Positions 1 through 8,572 of a stretch of DNA of 20,000 nt are shown here, piece by piece. The stretch lies in the NCBI GenBank assembly GCA_038087875.1, contig JAXLNO010000088.1:59649-79648 (forward strand), in the 5' to 3' direction. A program made the translations under genes and the position numbers. Each line of letters opens with the position of its first letter. Position 1 is the first letter of the stretch. The notes under the pieces were generated by a model. The model ran no database searches and was not told where the DNA came from. It saw nothing but the letters and a program-made list of their open reading frames with translations. The DNA is from Malacoraja senta (Eukaryota).

Positions 1-79
1 AGATGGGTTCAGAGGGGTGTAGAGGGGTCTAGACGGGTTTAGACTGGGTTTAAACGTGTTTATAGTGGTTTTGAGGTGT
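1..79 (+). repeat. Degenerate 10-bp G-rich satellite (GGGGTTTAGA)n, continuing from upstream
   Basis: 10-nt periodic AGAGGGGTTT-like units, e.g. agatgggttc agaggggtgt agaggggtct. Confidence 0.9.
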
Positions 80-1026
80 TCACTGTGGTGGAAGGCACAA
101 ACAATGGCCAGTCCTCCTCCATTTCCCCCGTGGGAGGGACCTCAACCCTCCGCCGTCGCCGCTGCTGGTGTCCAGATGTGGAGACAAGGTAAAGTTCAGG
201 TAAGTCCTAAATCGGTGCTTCCCTACCGGAGACCGCGGCTTCGGGTTGGTGTAGGCCGCAATCCGGCGGTCGAAGATCTAAAGTCCCCGCCTCGCCGCAG
301 CCAGAAGCAACGCAGACCGCAGGGCCGGCAGCCGGAGCTCCTCTCCATGCATACCCGGCGAGGGACCCTGCTCCGGATGGTAAGTCCACGCCGCGCCAGC
401 GGTAGAAGTAGGCCGCGGGCCGGCGCTCGGAGCTCTTCTCCTCCATGGTAGCCAACGATGGATCCCAGGCTCCGGATGCCGCGCAAGCAGAAGCACCGCA
501 GTTCGCGGCTTCTGGATGATGTGGGCCGCGGGTCGACAGTCGGAGCTCCTCTCCAGGGGTCCCCGGCGAGGGATCCGCTCCTGATGGTAACTCCACGCCG
601 CGCCCGCGGTAGAAGTTGGCCGCGGGCCGGCGGTCGGAGCTCTTCTCGTCCCGGGTCCCCAACGAGGGATCCCAGGCTGCTCCGCAGACCTGGTTGCCGC
701 GGGCCAGCGAAAGGAGCGCTCCACTCCGGCGATCCCCGGCGAGACATCGCCCGCTCCGCGACGAAAGATTACTCGCCCCGGGCGCGTCTCGATGTTAGGC
801 CACGGGGGAGGCGATATAGAAAAGTTGCCTCTCCATGGGGGAGGCGACCGAAACGGTTTCACCCTTACCCCCCCCCCCCCACCCCCACCCCCGCAAACCA
901 CCCGCACACAAGACACACAAAGAAACATTAAAAACATACATTAGGACATACGGAAAAAACAAGAAAATTAGAAAGAACTAACACGCTGCTGTCAGGGCTG
1001 CCGGCTTGCAGCGCCCCCACCGAACT
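80..1026 (-). mobile_element. GC-rich non-coding interspersed element (putative non-autonomous non-LTR element), 3'-truncated, with internal ~208-bp repeats
   Basis: CpG-rich block sharply bounded by satellite. Shares ordered motifs with 7698-8477 (ctgtg[g/a]tggaaggcacaa, gatggtaagtc, cgatgttaggcc, poly-C run, A-rich tract, GC-rich terminus). Orientation inferred from that complete copy. Confidence 0.65.
333..760. repeat. Internal tandem subrepeats (alternating ~77-113-bp monomers, ~208-bp dimer)
   Basis: cggagctc(c/t)tctc starts at 333, 428, 541 and 635, with a diverged copy at ~712. Spacings 333->541 = 208 and 428->635 = 207. Confidence 0.85.
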
Positions 1027-1367
1027 GTGTTTAGAGTGGTTTAAAGGGTTTAGCGAGGTTTCGAGGGGTTTCGAGGGGTTTTGAGGGGGTTAGTGGGGCA
1101 TAGAGGGGCATAGCGTGGTTAAGGGGGGTTTAGAGGGGGGTAGAGTGATTTCGAGGGGTTTCAAGCGATTTAGAGGGCTTTAGAGGTGTTTAGAGGTCTT
1201 TAGAGGGGTTTAGAGGGCTTTAGAGGTTTGGAGGGTTTAGAAGGGTTTGGAGGGGTATAGAGGTCTTCAGAGGGGTTTAGGTGTTTAGAGTGGTTTAGAG
1301 GGTTTAGAGGGGTTTACAGGGGTTTAGAGGGGTTTAGAGGGGTCAGAGGGATTTAGAGGGGATTAGG
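1027..1367 (+). repeat. Degenerate 10-bp G-rich satellite (GGGGTTTAGA)n
   Basis: Repeated ggggtttaga / ggggtttcga units. Confidence 0.95.
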
Positions 1368-2790
1368 AGGCAACGGTGGCTGACAAGATAAGTTAGGGAT
1401 AGAATAAAACTAAATGAAAAGATGTATAACTAGCAAAGAGTACCCGGAAGCCAGAGGATTGTGAAACTTTCATAGGACAACAGAAGGAAACAAATCGAGC
1501 TATACGGCTGAAAAGATGAACTACGAAAGGAAGCTGGCCAGGAATATAAAGAAGGATAGTAAAAGCTTCTTTTTAAGGCTAAAAGAGTAGCAAAGTCAAA
1601 TGTGGGTCCCTTGAAGGCAGACACGGGTGAAATTATTATGGGTAACAAGGAAATGGCATAAGAGTTGAACAGGTACTTCGGATCTGTCTTCACTGAGAAA
1701 GACACAAACAATCTCCCAGATGTACTGGAGGATAGAGGATCTAAGGGGGTAGAGGAACTGAAATAAATGTTCATTAGGCGATAATTAGTATGGGTAGGCT
1801 AATGGGTCTGAAGGTTGATAAATCCCCCTGGGCCTGATGGTCTGCATCTCAGGGTCCTCAGGGAGGTGGCTCGAGAAATAGTGGACGCATTGGTAATTAT
1901 TTTCCAATGTTCGATCGATTCAGGATCATTTCCTGTGGATTGGAGGATAGCTAACGTTATCCCACTTTTCAAGAAAGGAGCGAGAGATAAAACGGGGAAT
2001 TACAGACCAGTTAGCCTGACTTCGGTGGTGGGAAAGATGCTGGAGTCAATTAGAAAAGAGGTAATAATGGGGCATTTGGATAGCAGTAAAAGGATTAGTC
2101 CAAGTCAACATGGATTTATGAAAGGAAAATCATGCTTGACTAATCTTCTGGATTTTTTTAAAGGATGTGACAAGTAAAATGGATGAAAGGGTGCCAGTGG
2201 ATGTAGTGCTAAGGTCCCGCATGGGAGACTGGCGACTAAATTTCCAGCACATGGTATTGGGGGTACGGTGTTGACATGGATAGAAAATTGGTTGGCAGAC
2301 AGGAAGCAAAGAGTAGGAGTGAACGGGTCCTTTTCTGAATGGCAGGCAGTGGCGTGGAGTGCCGCAAGGCTCGGTGTTGGGGAATTATGAGCAACACTAG
2401 CAAGTTTGCGGATGACACAAATCTGAGTGGCAGTGTGAACTGCGAAGAGGATGATAAGAGGTTGCAACGTGATCCGGACAGGTTAAGTGAGTGGGCAGAT
2501 GCGTAGCAGATGCAGTATAATATAGATAAATGTGAGGTTATCTGCTTTGGCGGCAAAAACAAGGGGGCAGATTATTATCTCAATGGGGTTAGGTTAGGCA
2601 AGGGGGGGGGTACATCGAGATCTGGGTGTCCTTGTACTTCTGCAGTTGTATAGGGCTCTGGTAAGACCACATCTGGAGTATTGTGTACAGTTTTGGTCTC
2701 CTAATTTGAGGAAGGACATCCTTCTGATCGAGGCAGTGCAGCGTAAGTTCACGAGATTGATCCCTGGGATGGCGGGACTGACATGTGAGA
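1368..2790 (+). mobile_element. Decayed CR1-clade LINE (HER1-like) ORF2/reverse transcriptase fragment
   Basis: Translations give PGPDGLH.RVLRE, W..ANVIPLFKKG...GNYRPVSLTSVVGK.LE, SQHGFMKGKSCLTNL, GVPQGSVLG, KFADDT (FADD at 2405-2416) and [19 protein letters not shown]. These are typical CR1 ORF2 motifs, broken by stops, frameshifts and deletions. Confidence 0.95.
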
Positions 2791-3103
2791 AAATACTAGG
2801 CTTGCAGGTCATTCTCATTGGGGACGGGGTGCCGCCAGGTCTGCTCAGACGGAAAAGATCTACTGTAGGTAGGGTGAGCACCCACAGAAACAGGATGAAT
2901 ACCGGGAACAAGGCAAATGGTTTACGAACAGGACCACGAGGGTGGGGGGAGGGGTAGTACTCTCCAGATTGCTCCTGGTGCAACATGCTGCTGAGGGCAA
3001 GAATAGGAAGGGTGAACAGGTGAAGGTTGCGTAGTTGGTGGAAGGGGCAGCCATTCAGATTGTGGGACCGCTGAGATCCTTGTTGGAGCCGAGGTGACCT
3101 GTA

Positions 3104-3177
3104 CAAGAAGGCAGACAAAAATGCTGGAGAAACTCAGCGGGTGAGGCAGCATCCATGGTGTGAAGGAATAGTTGATG
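3104..3177. mobile_element. Left arm of a Penelope-like-derived inverted-repeat element
   Basis: agacaaaaatgctggagaaactcagcgggtgaggcagcatccatgg...gaagg is an inverted homolog of 3540-3595. Family assignment comes from recalled elasmobranch Penelope-type repeats. Confidence 0.6.
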
Positions 3178-3439
3178 CAGGGCTGCCATCTCTCACGCAT
3201 TGAGCGTGAGAATCACGCATTTGGCCAAATTCTCACGCTGATCTCAAATTTCACACGCTCTATGATGAGAAATTCTGTGATCAACGAAAATTTCAAAAAT
3301 TATATCCACTGCCTGGGCCGCGGGTGTTGGATAGCCGGGGCTGAGGGAGGGATGAAAGCAGAAGCAGCGGCGCGGACAGATGCGGAAGGGAACCCAGGGC
3401 TCCCAAGTGTTTGTCGGGCTGGCGAGTGTTTGCCGGGCT
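3178..3439 (+). mobile_element. One end of a putative hAT-superfamily DNA transposon (truncated)
   Basis: Starts abruptly with CAGGGCTGCCA (hAT-Ac-like TIR). Followed by clustered subterminal (C/A)TCACGC motifs, including palindrome tctcacgc-attga-gcgtgaga (3191-3211). No second TIR seen. Confidence 0.6.
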
Positions 3440-3440
3440 T

Positions 3441-3520
3441 ATACAGGTTTAAATGTAAATTGTCCCCAGTGTGTGTAGGACATCGATAATGTGTGGGGAT
3501 CGCTGGTCAGTGCGGATTCG
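3441..3520 (+). mobile_element. HE1-type (V-SINE) SINE internal fragment
   Basis: tacaggttt...tgtaaattgtcccc.gtgtgtgtagga...gtg.ggggatcgctggtc.g.gcgga.tcg resembles the recalled V-domain/3' body of the elasmobranch HE1 SINE. Confidence 0.7.
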
Positions 3521-3530
3521 CACAGTTCCT

Positions 3531-3630
3531 TTTCGAGACCCTTCTCTCCACAGATGCTGTCTGTCACACTGGGTTACTCCAGCTTTTTGTGTATATCTTC
3601 GGTTGAAAGCAGCATCTGCGGCTCCTTTCT
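3531..3630. mobile_element. Right arm of the Penelope-like-derived inverted-repeat element (centre collapsed)
   Basis: Reverse complement of 3540-3595 (acacaaaaagctggagtaacccagtgtgacagacagcatctgtggagagaagg) aligns with 3113-3166. A tttcgagacccttc remnant lies at 3531-3544. Confidence 0.6.
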
Positions 3631-3657
3631 GTGCGAAGCTGTTGTTACGTCTGGGCA

Positions 3658-4146
3658 TTTGAGTGGTTTAGAGGGGGATTTGAAGTGGTTTAGAAGTGTT
3701 TATAGGGGATTAGATGGGGATTAGAGAGGTTAATAGGGGGTTTAGATGGGTTTATAGGGGGGTTAGAGGGGTTTAGATAAGTTTAGAGGGCGTTAGAAGT
3801 GTGTTGAGTGGTTTTGAAGGGCTTAGAAGGGTCTAGAGGGGTTTCGATGGGTTTCAAGGGGTTTAGATGGGTTTCTAGAGTGTTAGTGGGGTTTACAGGA
3901 GTTTAGAAAGGATTAGAGGGCTTTAGAGGGGTTTAGAGTGGGATAAACGTGTTGAGGGTTAAACGGGTTTAGAGGGGTTTAGAGGGGTTATAGCTGTTTA
4001 GAGGGGTTTAGGGTTTAGAGGGATATCGAGGGCTTTAGATGGGTTTAGATGGGTTTAGAGCGGTTCAGATGGGTTCAGAGGGGTGTAGATGGGTCTAGAC
4101 GGGGTTTAGACTGGGTTTAAACGTGTTTATAGTGGTTTTGAGGTGT
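3658..4146 (+). repeat. Degenerate 10-bp G-rich satellite (GGGGTTTAGA)n
   Basis: About 49 degenerate ggggtttaga / tgggtttaga units. Confidence 0.95.
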
Positions 4147-5090
4147 TCACTGTGGTGGAAGGCACAAACAATGGCCAGTCCTCCTCCATTTCCCCCGTGG
4201 GAGGGACCTCAACCCTCCGCCGTCGCCGCTGCTGGTGTCCAGATGTGGAGACAAGGTAAAGTTCAGGTAAGTCCTAAATCGGTGCTTCCCTACCGGAGAC
4301 CGCGGCTTCAGGTTGGTGTAGGCCGCAATCCGGCGGACGAAGATCTAAAGTCCCCGCCGCGCCGCAGCCAGAAGCAACGCAGACCGCAGGGCCGGCAGTC
4401 GGAGCTCCTCTCCATGCATACCCGGCGAGGGACCGCGCTCCTGATGGTAAGTCCACGCCACGCCAGCTGTAGAAGTGGCCGCGGGCCGGCGCTCGGAGCT
4501 CTTCTCCTCCATGGTAGCCTACGATGGATCCCAGGCTCCGGACGCCGCGCAAGCAGAAGCACCGCAGTTCGCGGCTTCTGGATGATGTGGGCCGCGGGTC
4601 GACAGTCGGAGCTCCTCTCCAGGGGTCCCCGGCGAGGGATCCGCTCCTGATAGTAACTCCACGCCGCGCCCGCGGTAGAAGTTGGCCGCGGGCCGGCGGT
4701 CGGAGCTCTTCTCCTCCCGGGTCCCCAACGAGGGATCCCAGGCTGCTCCGCAGACCTGGTTGCCGCGGGCCAGCGAAAGGAGCGCTCCACTCCGGCGATC
4801 CCCGGCGAGACATCGCCCGCTCCGCGACGAAAGAATGCTCGCCCCGGGCGCGTCTCGATGTTAGGCCACGGGGGAGGCGACATAGAAAAGTTGCCTCTCC
4901 GTGGAGGAGGCGACCGAAACGGTTTCACCCTTACCCCCCCCCCCACCCCCACCCCCGCAAACCACCTGCACACAAGACACACAAAGAAACATTAAAAACA
5001 TACATTAGGACATACGGAAAAAACAAGAAAATTAGAAAGAACTAACACGCTGCTGTCAGGGCTGCCGGCTTGCAGCGCCCCCACCGAACT
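4147..5090 (-). mobile_element. GC-rich non-coding interspersed element, duplicate of 80-1026
   Basis: Colinear copy of 80-1026 with identical junctions. Confidence 0.65.
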
Positions 5091-5450
5091 GTGTTTAGAG
5101 TGGTTTAGAGGGTTTAGCGAGGTTTCGAGGGGTTTCGAGGGGTTTCGAGGGGGTTAGTGGGGCATAGAGGGGCATAGCGTGGTTAAGGGGGGTTTAGAGG
5201 GGGGTAGAGTGATTTCGAGGGGTTTCAAGCGGTTTAGAGGGCTTTAGAGGAGTTTAGAGGTCTTTAGAGGGGTTTAGAGGGCTTTAGAGGTTTGGAGGGT
5301 TTAGAAGGGTTTAGAGTGGTATAGAGGGGTTAGAGGGGTGTAGAGGTCTTCAGAGGGGTTTAGGTGTTTAGAGTGGTTTAGAGGGTTTAGAGGGGTTTAC
5401 AGGGGTTTAGAGGGGTTTAGAGGGGTCAGAGGGATTTAGAGGGGATTAGG
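5091..5450 (+). repeat. Degenerate 10-bp G-rich satellite (GGGGTTTAGA)n
   Basis: Duplicate of 1027-1367 with about 20 extra nt. Confidence 0.95.
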
Positions 5451-6873
5451 AGGCAACGGTGGCTGAGAAGATAAGTTAGGGATAGAATAAAACTAAATGA
5501 AAAGATGTATAACTAGCAAAGAGTACCCGGAAGCCAGAGGATTGTGAAACTTTCATGGGACAACAGAAGGAAACAAATCGAGCTATACGGCTGAAAAGAT
5601 GAACTACGAAGGGAAGCTGGCCAGGAATATAAAGAAGGACAGTAAAAGCTTCTTGTTAAGGCTAAAAGAGTAGCAAGGTCAAATGTGGGTCCCTTGAAGG
5701 CAGACACGGGTGAAATTATTATGGGTAACAAGGAAATGGCATAAGAGTTGAACAGGTACTTCGGATCTGTCTTCACTGAGAAAGACACAAACAATCTCCC
5801 AGATGTACTGGAGGATAGAGGATCTAAGGGGGTAGAGGAACTGAAATAAATGTTCATTAGGCGAGAAATAGTATTGGGTAGGCTAATGGGTCTGAAGGTT
5901 GATAAATCCCCCTGGGCCTGATGGTCTGCATCTCAGGGTCCTCAGGGAGGTGGCTCGAGAAATAGTGGACGCATTGGTAATTATTTTCCAATGTTCGATC
6001 GATTCAGGATCATTTCCTGTGCATTGGAGGATAGCTAACGTTATCCCACTTTTCAAGAAAGGAGCGAGAGATAAAACGGGGAATTACAGACCAGTTAGCC
6101 TGACTTCGGTGGTGGGAAAGATGCTGGAGTCAATTAGTAAAGAGGTAATAATGGGGCATTTGGATAGCAGTAAAAGGATTAGTCCAAGTCAACATGGATT
6201 TATGAAAGGAAAATCATGCTTGACTAATCTTCTGGATTTTTTTAAAGGATGTGTCAAGTAAAATGGATGAAAGGGTGCCAGTGGATGTAGTGCTAAGGTC
6301 CCGCATGGGAGACTGGCGACTAAATTTCCAGCACATGGTATTGGGGTACGGTGTTGACATGGATAGAAAATTGGTTGGCAGACAGGAAGCAAAGAGTAGG
6401 AGTGAGCGGGTCCTTTTCTGAATGGCAGGCAGTGGCGTGGAGTGCCGCAAGGTTCGGTGTTGGGGAATTATGAGCAACACTAGCAAGTTTGTGGATGACA
6501 CAAAGCTGAGTGGCAGTTTGAACTGCGAAGAGGATGTTAAGAGGTTGCATGGTGATCTGGACAGGTTAAGTGAGTGGGCAGATGCGTAGCAGATGCAGTA
6601 TAATATAGATAAATGTGAGGTTATCTGCTTTGGCGGCAAAAACAAGGGGGCAGATTATTATCTCAATGGGGTTAGGTTAGGCAAGGGGGGTGGTACATCG
6701 AGATCTGGGTGTCCTTGTACTTCTGCAGTTGTATAGGGCTCTGGTAAGACCACATCTGGAGTATTGTGTACAGTTTTGGTCTCCTAATTTGAGGAAGGAC
6801 ATCCTTCTGATCGAGGCAGTGCAGCGTAGGTTCACGAGATTGATCCCTGGGATGGCGGGACTGACATGTGAGA
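5451..6873 (+). mobile_element. Decayed CR1-clade LINE (HER1-like) ORF2 fragment, duplicate
   Basis: Same motifs as 1368-2790. The catalytic motif reads FVDD here (6488-6499). Confidence 0.95.
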
Positions 6874-7187
6874 AAATACTAGGCTTGCAGATCATTCTCA
6901 TTGGGGACGGGGTGCCGCCAGGTCTGCTCAGACGGAAAAGATCTACTGTAGGTAGGGTACGCACCCACAGAAACAGGATGTATACGGGGAACAAGGCAAA
7001 TGGTTTAAGAACAGGACCACGAGGGTGGGGGGGGGGATAGCACTCTCCAGATTGCTCCTGGTGCAACATGCTGCTGAGGGCAAGAATAAAAAGGGGGGAA
7101 CAGGTGAAGGTTGCGGAGTTGGTGGAAGGGGCAGCCATTCAGATTGTGGGACCGCTGAGATCTTTGTTGGAGCCGAGGTGACCTGTA

Positions 7188-7261
7188 CAAGAAGGCAGAC
7201 AAAAATGCTGGAGAAACTCAGCGGGTGAGGCAGCATCCATGGTGTGAAGGAATAGTTGATG
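7188..7261. mobile_element. Penelope-like-derived element arm, duplicate of 3104-3177
   Basis: Same sequence as 3104-3177. The partner arm is absent in this copy. Confidence 0.6.
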
Positions 7262-7697
7262 CAGGGCTGCCAACTCTCACGCATTGAGCGTGAGAATCAC
7301 GCATTTGGCCAAATTCTCACGCTGATCTCAAATTTCACACGCTCTATGGTGAGAAATTCTGTGATCAACGAAAATTTCAAAAATTATATCCACTGCCTGG
7401 GCCGCGGGTGTTGGATGGCCGGGGCTGAGGGAGGGATGAAAGCAGAAGCAGCGGCGCGGACAGATGCGGAAGGGAACCCAGGGCTCCCGAGTGTTTGTCG
7501 GGCTGGCGAGTGTTTGCCGGGCTGGCGAGTCACTCGTGCAGCTTCACCCATGGAGCTGCCTCAGTGCAAGTTTCAGGGCCGTCGGAGGCGTCGGAAGTGT
7601 TGCGCCGCTGCCGTGAGAGTCTCTGTGCCCAGGTGACCGGCATAGATCAGGCTGCGGCTTGGTGCATCCTGGAGGACAACCAATGGCTTCTGAAAGT
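7262..7697 (+). mobile_element. Putative hAT-superfamily DNA transposon end, longer copy
   Basis: Starts CAGGGCTGCCAACT plus CTCACGC subterminal motifs. Continues past the point where copy A breaks (repeated cgggctggcgagt). Right boundary uncertain; interrupted by the element at 7698. Confidence 0.55.
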
Positions 7698-8477
7698 AAT
7701 CAGAATGCCGTTTATTCTCATTTAAACATAGGTTCAAACGAAATTACGTTTTCTGCAGTCATAACAACAAAAAAACACACAATGAACATAATTCCTCACA
7801 AACATCCATCGCAGTGAATCCCCAACCACCTCCTCGCTGTGATGGAAGGCACAAGTCTTATCTCTTCCCTGTTCTCTGATCTTATTTTTCTTCCGCAGTC
7901 ATGCAGTTATACTGCTGCATCGAGCTGATCGAGGCTCTTGATGTTTGAGCCCCCGGCGGGCGATGGTAAGTCCCGCGTCCGTATAGGCAGCGCCGGGCGA
8001 TGTAAGGCTCCGCTCCGGGTCGATTTAAACCCCTCCATTCGGCGGGCGAAGTTTTCCGTTGCGGGAGCTCCGAAAAGCGGTCTCCTACCAGGGACCCGCG
8101 AGCTCCCGATCTCACCGACCAGAGGGCCTGCAGCCAAAGCCTCCAAGCTCCGAAGTCGGGTCGCAGCCGCGCGCCACAACAGCGCTCCGCACTCTGAAGT
8201 CGGACAGCTCCGCGATGGTAAGTCTGCAGGCTCCAGGTCGATTCCGATTGGAGGCCGCCGGCTCCACGATGTTAGGCCCAACGACAACGGAGACTCGACA
8301 TGGAAAAAGTCGGGTCCCCGTACAGGGAAGAGATTAAAATGTTTCCCCCGCCCCCCCCACATATACACAGCTAAAAATAGTATAAAAACTAAAACCAAAA
8401 CATCCACCTAACAGGATAAAAAGAAAAAAAAGACAGACGGACTGCCGAGGTCGCTGGCGCGAGGCGCCGCCATCTTG
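7698..8477 (-). mobile_element. Apparently full-length ~780-bp non-autonomous non-LTR retroelement (Rex1/Babar-like ends)
   Basis: Minus strand starts CAAGATGGCGGCGCC, then a T-rich tract and a CpG-rich body. It ends aatttcgtttgaac-ctat-gtttaaatgag AATAAA cggc ATTCTGATT (stem-loop, polyA signal, short tandem tail). No RT-like translation. Confidence 0.7.
8466..8477 (-). promoter_or_regulatory. YY1-binding consensus at the element 5' terminus (putative internal promoter/initiator)
   Basis: Plus-strand gccgccatcttg = CAAGATGGCGGC on minus, an exact match to the YY1 consensus, located at the element boundary. Confidence 0.55.
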
Positions 8478-8572
8478 TCATTGGGTAGAAACGGTGGAAG
8501 ATAGTGGCCTTCAAATGGGGGTGGTTGGAGAATGCATTTTGCTTGCCTGCTAGATTTTCACTTGCACTAACT

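Larger units (their letters stand above)
1..3439 (+). repeat. Segmental/tandem duplication, copy A (left end outside window)
   Basis: Colinear with 4067-7523 (offset 4066 growing to 4084). Paired ORFs 56/4123, 1430/5513, 1815/5899, 3172/7256. Similarity ends after ...gtttgccgggct. Confidence 0.97.
4067..7523 (+). repeat. Segmental/tandem duplication, copy B
   Basis: Near-identical to 1-3439, including all TE lesions. Differs by scattered substitutions and small indels, including two extra satellite units near 5316-5340. Confidence 0.97.

Noticed and set aside
56..937. Arg/Pro/Gly-rich ORFs on both strands of the GC-rich elements (also 4123-5045 and 7882-8411)
   Set aside because: Expected from high GC content. 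Overlapping in many frames, no recognisable domain, and frameshifted between the two duplicate copies.
993..1002. CAGGGCTGCC identical to the putative hAT TIR start
   Set aside because: Same orientation as the 3178 end, internal to another element, and without subterminal motifs; probably chance.
1008..1023. CTCF-like motif (gcagcgcccccaccg) at the element terminus
   Set aside because: Only a partial match to the core consensus; cannot be supported without PWM scoring or ChIP.
1027..1367. True telomere or canonical interstitial (TTAGGG)n
   Set aside because: The unit is a degenerate 10-mer; canonical hexamer runs are absent.
1815..2957. Functional reverse transcriptase gene
   Set aside because: Fragmented by stops and frameshifts, missing core RT motifs, and no endonuclease domain; a dead CR1 copy.
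3172..3489. 105-126 aa ORFs over the hAT-like end (also 7256-7636) as a transposase
   Set aside because: They start outside the element, cross the TIR and junctions, and have no BED-finger or DDE motifs.
3528..3546. Intact hammerhead ribozyme
   Set aside because: Minus strand gives only gaagggtctcgaaa; the CUGANGA core and stems are missing.
7685..8495. Target-site duplication around the 7698-8477 element
   Set aside because: Flanks (...ggcttctgaaagt / tcattgggtag...) show no convincing direct repeat.
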